Positions 14,001 through 27,100 of a stretch of DNA of 64,000 bases are shown here, piece after piece. The DNA is from Chrysomallon squamiferum (Eukaryota > Animalia > Mollusca), in NCBI GenBank assembly GCA_012295275.1, contig CM022667.1, forward strand, positions 7,378,001 through 7,442,000, in the 5' to 3' direction. Position 1 is the stretch's first letter; each line of letters begins with the position of its first letter. The position numbers and the translations under genes were made by a program. The notes under the pieces are model-generated. The model saw only the letters and a list, made by a program, of their open reading frames with translations, was not told the origin of the DNA and ran no database searches.

Positions 14001-15769
14001 AAGAAGCAAAAATTAATTATGTTTTTGAGCACCGTGGAACCTCCAGTCATACAAGTATGTGTTTCTTCTAACACTGAAAACCAGAAAATATCAGAATTAT
14101 TAGTGAGTTAAGCACAGCCACACAAAACACTGGCTGTACGTTAGTTTGTAAGATGTAACTGACAAAATTAAGTTAAATAGTAACAATTACTTTTTAATTC
14201 TGTAATCAACAAAACAAATTACAGAAGTTTAGAATTTTGAATTACTTGCAATTAGAAAAAAAACCCACTTGAATTAATAACAAACTAATATTTATTATTT
14301 TTAAAAAACTAGTCGAAATAAGTTCACTATTGTTTAATATAGAGACACATGTCTGATTCGTTTAATTTTAAATCACTAATATTTACTGATTTTCAGTATT
14401 CAGAATATACATATTTTTTTAATGAAATAATGCACTTGGGATCACAACCCACACATTGAGAGCACCACAGTGAGCATTACTCACTAAATCTATACACAGT
14501 GAGCATTACTCACTAAATCTACTTCATTCTTCATCAAGGCTTTGTGAGGCTGCCTGTACAGGTGATATCACAGAACTTCATCAGACAAATCTCATAAATC
14601 TGTGACAGTGTTTTGTGTAGTCTGATTGTAGAGAGAGAGAGTTCCCTTTGTGATACCAGAGATTTAAAAAACAGAAATACATACAGAGATATGAAAAGTA
14701 TTTGGATTAGAAAATAACAAATAAATAAATAAATAATAATAACAAAACTAACTGAAAGAGTGAAAAATGATTCTTAAATCAATATGAAGAAACATTCTTA
14801 ATTCATTACTTTAAATTCAATAAAATCAAATTATTTTTCAATGCCCAGCCATCTAATCATTATTAATCAATGTACATATAATTTTGTAGTTTCTTAATGA
14901 AAGTCTTCTAACTAACAGATTTACAATTTCTGGTTAAGCTGGTTTCTACATGGTACGAGATATGTGAAATGTTTAGACTCTCCCCGGTGGCATATTAACA
15001 GGAACATCATTAGCTTCACAAACTTGAACTCAGTCACTGTAGAGAGATTCTTAACAAGTTGGTAATATAACTTTATACTATAATAATTTGCTTAAAGTTG
15101 TTTTTAACCCTGTGTAACAAGTGAAAAGAAGAATTCTGATCAGATTTAACACTATAAAAATATGCTTTGTTTCAATAATGACATTATGCTTAGAGTAAAA
15201 ATTTGGTTTAAAACAATTACTTAGTTGGTTTTGTAACAAGTCACTGCTATATACAAATATACAGATCTAAAAGTAGAACTGAGGTATAAAAACTGATAAA
15301 AACACAAATTACTTTTTCCAGTGAATAAAATGGAAGATCTGTTAATAATATGGCATGTGAGTTAGAACTGGAATTTTTTTGAGCTTCATACATCAATGTA
15401 AGTCCATCTGACTTTAAAATGACTGACACCCTCCTATTGTGGCCCATTTATGAGAAGAAAAAAAAAAGGCCATCATTTTTAAGAGAATGTTTTTGTTCAT
15501 ATTACATGAAACTGGACAAAAATAATTCATAGTCCAATTTTGGCAGTTGAAAAAAAAAACTGTTTGTTATCTTAATCTTCACTTTATAATAATTTTTCAA
15601 AACATTTCCATTTAACAGGTGAATACAATGAGTCACACACTGATTACAAGACACTTTGAGCAACCAGTACCCAACACTTAATAAACAAGACAGATTTCCC
15701 AGAACTGAACAGAAACAAAGTGATTCTGACACACACGGCTTGAACACGTCCTAAGACCCAGACATGGAG

Positions 15770-16535
15770 TCACACGTTGTAGGCAAAGTTGTAGTTGCTT
15801 GGCTCAGCTGGTATGGGGGGTGGTTCTGTTGGAATTGTGATTCCTTCAGTTTCTAGCAGCCGAATTTTAATTTCCATACACAGCAGCATTTCTTCCTCCT
15901 GTTTCTTTTGTTCACTTGTCATCTGAAATTTAATTTATTTTTTTAAAATTTTTATCCTTTTTCATCTCAGTTACTGTTATATCAATTTCCAATAATTTTA
16001 ACTTCACATATTCTTCTACAAAATAATTCTCTGTAATTTACAAATTATAGGTGAACATTTACATTTTAAAACAGAAAGCCAATTCTTTTGAAGTTTTCCT
16101 TTTAAAAATGTTTTACAAGTCAAGATTTACAGAATTAAAAGAAAGTGTACCTGTCGATCAATAAGTATTAATCCTAAGAATCATAATAAAAAATAACCAA
16201 AAAAAACAAATTAATAAAATTAAATAAAATTTAATTAAAATTAAATCAAATCAAATAATATTAAATTTAATAAAATAAAAATTAAATGTGAATAGTACCG
16301 GTTTGTCTAAAAGTGCATTAATTCCATCAGTCCAGACGTTGAACTCGTGCTCATCAGACGCCACAAAACAAAAATGTTCCTCCGAGGTGTCAGGAACCAG
16401 AGAGAAGGCAAGATTCGATGTGATGGTCTAGAGAAGAAAAACACATTTTTAGTATTAATTAACAAATTCTATAAAATAACATATTCTAAAATAAGGAAGA
16501 GAAACTGTGAGGATGACACAGAAAGATAAAGAAAT

Positions 16536-16580
<45 letters not shown>

Positions 16581-16589
16581 TTAAGAAAA

Positions 16590-16659
<70 letters not shown>

Positions 16660-18080
16660 TACTAAGAATGAGAAACAAAGATTTTGAGATAAAATAATAG
16701 AAAAAAATTAAATTTCTGCTTTAACTGCAGGAGCTATTTTTAACTGAGAGTAAAATATGGCTTTCTAATGATGAGCAAGGTAAATCTTGCACTAGAACAA
16801 TGGAGGGGAGATAACTACTCAGGTTAAACTTACTTGCTTCTTTCCCTTGTTGTCTTTGATATGTAAACAATCCTTCCCAGTCTGCAGCATTTTTATGTCA
16901 ACAACTGACACTGGAAAATAAATTATAAATCATTGCATAATAACACAACAACTGACACTGGAAAAATAAGTTATAAAACATTGCATAATAACACAATAAC
17001 TGACACTGGAAAAATAAGTTTATTAAATCAATAATTGGAAAAATAGGTTATAAAACATTGCACAATAACACAACTGACACTGGAAAAATAAGTTATAAAT
17101 CACTGCATAATAACACAATAACTGACACTGGAAAAATAAGTTATAAAACATTGCATAATAACACAACAACTGACACTGGAAAAATAAGTTATAAATCACT
17201 GCATAATAACACAACTGACACTGGAAAAATAAGTTATAAAACATTGCATAATAACACAATAACTGACTGGAAAAAAAATAAAACATTATAAAATCACTGA
17301 CACTGGAAAAATAAGTTATAAAACATTGCATAATAACACAATAACTGACACTGGAAAAATAAGTTATAAAACATTGCACAATAACACAACTGACACTGGA
17401 AAAATAAGTTATAAAACATTGCATAATAACACAATAACTGACACTGGAAAAATAAGTTATAAAACATTGCACAATAACACAACAACTGACACTGGAAAAA
17501 TAAGTTATAAATCATTGCATAATAACACAACAACTGACACTGGAAAAATAAGTTATAAATCATTGCATAATAACACAACAACTGACACTGGAAAAATAAG
17601 TTATAAATCATTGCATAATAACACAACAACTCAAATAACATGCTTTCTTATCATTCTACTTATTTTTACCCAATGTTTCTTTATCAGCAGTGAGTAAATA
17701 ATTAATAAAAAATGTATCATTTTTACATTTCTCTGTCACAATATACAAAAAAGAAAACAGCACTACCATACTTTATTTTTAGTAAACATCAATACAAAAA
17801 ACTAGCAAGTTTACAGGATGTATTCAGACAAAGTAAAACTAGGTAAAGATGAAGAATGGTTTTATCTGCGTATAATCACTGAGATTTTCTCTTACATTTG
17901 TTAGGCAGTTGTTCCAGTGCTGGGGAATCACTGTCCACGCAGTCTCCGTAGTAAAAAGACTTGTAGTTTGGAGACAGTCGCCAGTACCAGTATTTAGCTA
18001 CAAGACAAATTTTAAAATATAAACAGTATTCATTTTATTATCTACACCAAAACAAGGGTGACTCAGTAACAAACGTGAAT

Positions 18081-18137
<57 letters not shown>

Positions 18138-21100
18138 CAGAATAACAGTCATACAAAACAGAGAGAAACAAAAACAAATCATCCAGGATAGTATGTTTTA
18201 TATTAAACTTTAACTTCATTTTTCATTTTCTAATGTCTGTTGCTGTTGTTATTATTATTATTATTAAGGCATTTTTGCTGTCTAAATACTTCAAGGAAAA
18301 AAATGAGTAGAAAGATGTACCTTTCATTTTCCCTCTGTTGTTGTACTTATGAAAGCGAGTACCTTCAACCATTTCATGAAACCTCTGTCGCTTGATAAGA
18401 TCAATAATTTCTGGAGTTATTTTTTCTCTCAATTCACTGAAAACACACAAAGATAACTTGAATATAAAAACTATAACAATAATTTCTGGTGTTATTTTTT
18501 ATTTTTCATTGAAACACTGAAGGATGAACTTAATTATAACCACTATGACATAACAAAGCATAAATCTGACTAGTGAAATAATACACAATTATATGTTCAG
18601 TTTTCTAAGATTACAGCCTAACATGGTACAAATTTAAATTTATATATATGGTGTCCATAATGTTAAACCACATAAATACAAATAACAAGATATTCGTAAA
18701 CTACCAACATTTTGAAAGTGAAATCTTACTTAGATCTGTCTTTTTTGTAACAACAACAAGTATGTCTGTTTTTCACCTTCTAACACCTAAATCCCCACAT
18801 TAACAAATACCTGTATGCTGCTTAATTATGTTAACTCGATTACTATATCATCAGTAAACTGAAGATTAACTATATTATTACAAAATTCCAAATTGCTATA
18901 TTATTAGAATGCTCTTGATTACTATATTATTAGAATGCTCTAGATTACTTTATTAGTAGCATACTGTAGATTACTATATTATTAGAATGCTCTTGATTAC
19001 TATATTAGTAGCATACTGTAGATTACTATATTATTAGAATGCTCTAGATTACTATATTATTAGAATGCTCTTGATTACTATATTATTAGAATGCTCTAGA
19101 TTACTATATTATTAGAATGCTCTTGATTACTATATTATTAGAATGCTCTAGATTACTTTATTAGTAGCATACTGTAGATTACTATATTATTAGAATGCTC
19201 TTGATTACTATATTATTAGAATGCTCTAGATTACTATATTATTAGAATGCTCTTGATTACTATATTATTAGAATGCTCTTGATTACTATATTATTACTAT
19301 GCTCTAGATTACTTTATTAGAATACTGTAGATTACTATATTATTAGAATGCTCTTGATTACTATATTATTAGAATGCTCTTGATTACTATATTATTACTA
19401 TGCTCTAGATCACTTTATTAGTAGTATACTATACATTATCTATATTATTACTATGCTCTAAATCACTTTATTAGTAGTATACTATACATTATCTATATTA
19501 TTACTATGCTCTAAATCACTTTATTATTAGAATGCTCTAGATTATTATTAGAATGCTCTTGATTACTATATTACTATGCTCTAGATCACTTTATTATTAG
19601 TATACTGTAGATTATCTATATTATTACTATGCTCTAGATACTTTATTAGTAGTATACTTTAGATTATTATGTTATCAGAATGCACTTGATGACTTTATTG
19701 TTAGCATACTGTAGATTAGCTATATTAGAATGCTCTAGATTACTTTATTAGTAGCATATTGTAGATTACTATATTATTAGAATACTCTAGATTACTTTAT
19801 TACTAGTAAACTGTAGATTAACTATATTATTAGTATGCAGTAGATTACTATATTATTAGAATACTCTAGATTACTTTATTACTAGTAAACTGTAGATTAA
19901 CTATATTATTAGTATGCAGTAGATTACTATATTATTAGAATGCTCTAGATTACTTTATTAGTAGTATTACTGTAGATTACTATATTATTAGAATGCTCTA
20001 GATTAGTTTATTAGTAGCATTCTGTAGATTACTATGTTATTAGAATGCCCTAGACTCTACTGTAGATTATCTATATTATTAGAATTCTCCAGATTACTTT
20101 ATTAATAGCATACTGTAGATTACAATGCTAGTATACTGTAGATAAATATTAGTGTACTGTAGATTAGTTAGTATACAGTAGATTACTGTTAGTATACTGT
20201 AGATTACTCACATTATAGGCTTTGCCTGAGACTCCCATTCTTCCTTGCTCTTCTGTTCTAACTCCCAGATTTTTAAGATTTCTGTATAGGTCAGCTGATT
20301 TAATCTACTTTTCAATGCCTCAAATGTTGATGGGTGAATTTCTAATGCTCTTGTTATCTGTTCTTTGACAACCCCCAGCACCTGAAAAATAAGACAAAGA
20401 AGGAAATATTGAAGTGTACAACTTTTTAAGACACGCACACATACACAAACAACCACATGAAAAATAGATGGAAAACAGTCACCATTGATACGGGTAGAGA
20501 GAAAAACTATTTGGAAATAACAGATGGAGAGATACTCATTTTTTTTTTAAATTTCAGTAGAGATAGTCACAGTTTAAAAATTAAAACAAAGACAGGCAAA
20601 CAGGCTAGGAACAAATGTTCAGAACAAACTTTTTGGAAGTCTTCAGAAGTGGCTTTCATTTCTCTCCAGGTTTTGTTAAGAAGCTGGATACAGGCACAGA
20701 AGAATTCTTCAAACGGTTTGTCATGACAGAAAAACATTGGGTAGAATGTCTGACCTTCCTCAGTTGCTGTGAGAAAATTTTAAAAATGAAATTCAAAAAC
20801 AATATTTATACATTTGTACCCAGATTTATTCATCCATATATATGTGTTTTTTGTTCCACCTTCCAGAATATGTGTGTAGCGTGTATGTGTCCTGTGTGAA
20901 ACAGAATCACGTGATCCATTGAAAAAAGCTACAAACTTTTGAAACAACCCTATATAAGCTTTTGATATGAATAAAACCAATAAACAAACAAAACACTTGT
21001 CTTTTTATATAGAAATCCTTCATAATATATTTCAATACAAATAAATAATTATGTCATTACATATTTACTTATAAGTGGAATGTTTACAACAAAATCAGAT

Positions 21101-24100
21101 CAGGTTGTACATACGTGGTTTTCCTATTTTCAGAGTCTCACACAGAATCTTTGTCAGATAAATGCTGGCTTGAACAAACGGACAGTCATGTTCATCAGCA
21201 CGACTAGAATTCTCCAAAACAACCTGAAATCACAGAATTACTCTGTACTGAAATCTTGTGTCAGCTTTATATTCAAATAAACACTGCACATAAACAATTC
21301 ACTTCAGGAAATAAAAATAAGAAGTTATAAGCATTCATACTGGCTGATTTTACTACTGCAAAGGAAACTACTGAAAATTTACATTCCAAAAGCATGAGAA
21401 ACATGTTTAGACTGACTTCAGGAATAAAAAGAACAAAATGGTTGTATGCACTGATATTGGCTGGTTTTATTTTTTTTATTACCAAAGGAAATTCTCTAAG
21501 ATCCCCCTGCCCCCCAAAGATATGTAATAATAATAATAATAGAAAAATATGAAAAACTCATTTGGAATTTTACAAATTCTAGAGCTTTTCATTTGTTCAA
21601 TTTAGACTTATGTTAAGTGAAAACGTTGACAGTATTAATGAAAACAATGAGTATTAATAAAAACAGTGTCAGTATTAGTGAAAACAGTGTCAGTATTAAT
21701 AAAAAGAGTGACAAATACCTTAACATAGTTCTCTCCGTGTGTTCTGGCGAAGTACAGCATCACGTCGAGTGCAAGTAAACCTGGAGGCGTCTTCGTGAAG
21801 TCTGCTGCCGGGTTGCTCTGATTCTGAAACAGTTGATAAAAACCTGAGTTAACCTGCTTACTGGATGAAAACAACTTAGTATAATTAAAACATTTATATT
21901 AACAATAACTGAGCAAGTATGTGTCACAGGTGTGATAACAATTTTTATGATGATTAATATAATAAGATTTGCATTTATGATGAGCTCGTTATTATTAATA
22001 AATAATTTTAAAAAGAGAACAATGATGTTATTACTAATAAATGGAATGATTATGTTTTTATTAATAAACACAAAATGAAGAACTTAGTACCTGGAATCCG
22101 AGTTTTCTGTAGTCTTTGGCGGAGCTGTGTGACTTCCTCACTGTGTTGATGTTCGGGTCCCCATCAACATCAAACGCTATCCTCCGAAGCTCTTCTATAT
22201 CTTTGGAAACACGCTGTAACACAAACCAGTTTCTAGACAGCTCTTTAACAAAGTTAAAACAAATGGCTTTTAATGTATCAGAGATTAAAGTATCTTTCAA
22301 ACAAACCTGGTCATGAGGGTCAACAGGCATTTTCATCTTTTCTTCATGTAGATTCATGAGAAGAACTTGCAAGACATAGAGCTGATGTGCCATCTCATTT
22401 CCCACACTGTGACTGCCTCGTATAACATGCTAAACATAGAAATTTTTTATTCTTTACATCAGCATAACATGCTGTATATAGAAAGTTTTTACTTTTATAT
22501 CAGTATGATGTGCTGTACATAGAAATATCAATTTTTGTTGTTGTTTATGATAATAAAAGGCTATACATAGAATTTTATACTTTTTATATCAAACAATTAA
22601 AGATTGTTACAAGTAACTTAAAGACAAACAAATTTACCCTGAATCAAGTTTGAATGCACAGTATGTTTAGAGCTCACATACAGTAAGCAGGCTAGGTTTT
22701 CAAACCACACAGCAGTTTTGTAGTTTAAAACTCAGGATATGAATGTTTAGAAACCAGACATTGCATCTATTTATAGAACATGACACTCTTGACATGTTTA
22801 ATGTTTATCAAATAACAATGAATTTATTATGTACTGATAAAATTAACAATTAGCGAATGAAAGCCATTATTAAAACAGTTAGCACATGAAAATACTGACA
22901 AAGGAAATTTAAAGATACTTATTAGCCTTATTATACCAGAAACATACATGTTGTAAACAAATCATGTAAACAATGTAAACAATCTGTGTAAACAGTTTTA
23001 AATACTCACACTTAGTATGACACTTCTCATGCTTTTGGAATGTAAATTTTCAGCAATTTTCTGAGAAAATAAAAATAAAACAAAACAGAAATAAAACATT
23101 TCTGCCCATGAAATAGAGTTTTGTTCTCTCATTCTAAACCATAATTAGTTTGTTTGGTCTGTTCATTTTCATCTAAACAGCTATATGTACTTTGAAAAAC
23201 ATGTCTAAAAATAATTATAGTTATTTGAAATTAGATACTCAAATAAAAATAAATAAATAATAATATTAACAATAACAATAGCAATAAAAATGATGATAAT
23301 AATCACAATAATTATAATAACAATTTTAAAACAATAATAATAACAAGAGTAATAATATTAAAACAAAAACAACAATAATAATAATAACAATAACAACAAT
23401 AATATTATTATTAAGATAACAATAAAATAACGATTGATCTCACCTTCTTTTTCTCGTGTTCTGCCTTCATGAAGAGTGCATTGATAAGTGCTATTGCGTT
23501 TTTCTGAATGCCAGATTTTTGGCTACAAGAAAAGTGTAAGTCGGGTTCGGATGCTTTTCTTATCTGCGTGTTGTTCACATAGCGACTGGTGTAAAGTGAA
23601 GAGCATTAGTAACGTGGCTGCACGTCATTTCTCACAAAGGCACGAAAATAATATTTTAAAATTAAATAAATGTCTATATATTTTTATCTCTTTTTTACCT
23701 TTTGTTTTTTTCTAAAAATAAATTTCTAAAATTATATTCTGTCAAAAATAAATATATTTCTTTTATTAGATAAAATTGTCCAAACAGGCAACATTTAAAA
23801 GTGATGTTTAATAAAAGTCATCAGTTATTTCAGTTAGTAATAACTTTCATATCAGTGAATATCCTGGAAACAAAACTTAGCTGTAATAAAATATTCAAAT
23901 TAATTTCATGCATTAAAAAGTGCCATAATCATTCAAACAATCCAAAACCACAGCAACAAAACATAATTCTTGAAAAACAATATAAAAATTAAAAAAAAAA
24001 AAAAACAGACAACTATTAATTGACAACAGTGCATTACTAACATATACTAATGATTGTCTGAAAAAATATATATAAAAAACACAAAATAAAATTAAAACAT

Positions 24101-27100
24101 AGACAGTAACATGCTCTGTACATTGTAAACATTTGTTTTAATTTGTGCCATTACCACATGCCTCTGTGAAACCTCTGAGCAAGCCACTGAAACTTTTCAG
24201 CATATTCACAATACACACAGCCACCAATATGTAATGTACAAATTATACTCATAGCATACATAAATATACTCACAGTAACACCATAACACACAATTATACT
24301 CACAGTAACACAGTATACATAAATATACTCACAGTAACACTGTAACAATTAAACTCACAGTAACACAGTATACATAAATATACTCACAGTAACACCATAT
24401 CACAATTATATTCACAGTAACACAGACTACATAAAAGCATTACAGACGAAACACCATAACTCCATTTATTTAATGTGCAAAATAACCTCACTTGAAAATC
24501 ATTAATTAAATATTAAATTCATTAATGACATTTATATAAATTATAGTACTGTATATCATAAATGAAACTGAAATAAAGACTATTTAAAAAATTATTATTT
24601 CAATTTGAGGAGACACTATAATTAAGCAAATAAAAATTTTAAGTATTAAAAATAATTAGAGACTAAAATTTAATTTTATATATTTAACTTAAAGAAAATT
24701 GTAACAAACTTTATAACAAAGAGAAATGTATTTGATAAAATCTATCTGACACCCCAGCACATGCAATGTTAAAAAACAACAACCAAAATGAACATGCATG
24801 TTTAATTATGAAACAAATGTGTTTTTTTCAAATCAGAAAATGAATTTTTCCAGTCTTTAAATGTTTCTGTTCATTGTATCTCTGTGAAGTGTACAAAAGC
24901 ACTAACAAGTACATGCAGACCTGGAAAAACAAAACTCACCTCTGTAGATGAGGAATAATGTTTGCTGGTGTTATCATCTGATCTACTAAATACTGCTTTG
25001 TAGAGCTGTTAATAACAATAACAATAACAATAACAATAACAATAACAATAACAATAACAACAACAACAACAACAGTAACAGTAACAATAAAAACAATTAA
25101 AAAACCCAATAACAATAATAATAACAACAATAACAATAACAACAATAACAATAACAGTAATAGGTTTTCAGTTTAAATATATCTAATTATAAATTAAGAA
25201 ATTAACAAGTTACTCTCATTTTTAAGACACAAATAAGAAAACAATATTTTCCACTGATGTCATATTTAGTTTTATATTGTGTGTAAATAACGACAAAAGC
25301 AGAAACCTGTGAAGAACTATTGACTCCATTATCTCTAGAGCTGACTGCAAGCACTGGCTGTCCAAATTTGGATTAACACAGTTCACACAGTCCGCTACCT
25401 GAAACACACAGATAAAACTTTAATTTACAGTTCACAGTCTGCTACCTGAAACACAGATAAAACTTTAATTTACTCAGTTCACACAGTCTGCTACCTGAAA
25501 CACACAGATAAAACTTTAATTTACAGTTCACAGTCTGCTACCTGAAACACACAGATAAAACTTTAATTTACTCAGTTCACACAGTCCGCTACCTGAAACA
25601 CACAGATAAAACTTTAATTTACTCAGTTCACACAGTCTGCTACCTGAAACACACAGATAAAACTTTAATTTACAGTTCACAGTCTGCTACCTGAAACACA
25701 CAGATAAAACTTTAATTTACAGTTCATAGTCCGCTACCTGAAACACACAGATAAAAGTTTAAACAGTTTAAGTCTTTACAGATAAAAGTTTAATTTACAG
25801 TTCAGTCTGCTTGAAACACACAGATAAAACTTTAATTTACACAGTTCACACAGTACGCTACCTGAAACACACAGATAAAACTTTAATTTACAGTTCACAA
25901 TCTGCTATCTGAAACACACAGATAAAACTTTAATTTACTCAGTTTACACAGTCCGCTACCTGAAACACAGAGATAAAACTTTAATTTACAGTTCACAGTC
26001 TGCTACCTGAAACACACAGATAAAACTTTAATTTACTCAGTTTACACAGTCCGCTACCTGAAACACACAGATAAAACTTTAATTTACAGTTCACAGTCTG
26101 CTACCTGAAACACACAGATAAAACTTTAATTTACAGTTACACAGTCCGCTACCTGAAACACACAGATAAAACTTTAATTTACACAGTTCACACAGTACGC
26201 TGCCTGAAACACAGATAAAACTTTAATTTACAGTTCACAGTCTGCTACCTGAAACACACAGATAAAACTTTAATTTACAGTTCACACAGTTGAAACACAC
26301 AGATAAAACTTTAATTTACAGTTCACAGTCTGCTATCTGAAACACACAGATAAAACTTTAATTTACTCAGTTCACACAGTCCGCTACCTGAAACACACAG
26401 ATAAAACTTTAATTTACAGTTCACAGTCTGCTACCTGAAACACAGATAAAACTTTAATTTACTCAGTTCACACAGTCTGCTACCTGAAACACACAGATAA
26501 AACTTTAATTTACAGTTCACAGTCTGTTGAAACACACAGTCAGTTCACACAGTCCGCTACCTGAAACACACAGATAAAACTTTAATTTACTCAGTTCACA
26601 CAGTCCGCTACCTGAAACACACAGATAAAACTTTAATTTACAGTTCACAGTCTGCTACCTGAAACACACAGATAAAACTTTAATTTACAGTTCATAGTCC
26701 GCTACCTGAAACACACAGATAAAAGTTTAATTTACAGTTCACAGTCTGCTACCTGAAACACAGATAAAAGTTTAATTTACAGTTCAGTCTGCTACCTGAA
26801 ACACACAGATAAAACTTTAATTTACACAGTTCACACAGTACGCTACCTGAAACACACAGATAAAACTTTAATTTACAGTTCACAATCTGCTATCTGAAAC
26901 ACACAGATAAAACTTTAATTTACTCAGTTTACACAGTCCGCTACCTGAAACACAGAGATAAAACTTTAATTTACAGTTCACAGTCTGCTACCTGAAACAC
27001 ACAGATAAAACTTTAATTTACTCAGTTTACACAGTCCGCTACCTGAAACACACAGATAAAACTTTAATTTACAGTTCACAGTCTGCTACCTGAAACACAC

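Noticed and set aside
17023-17697. Cys/Tyr-rich and [10 protein letters not shown] repeat ORFs
   Set aside because: Readings of the 48-bp intronic array, not in the ELMO frame.
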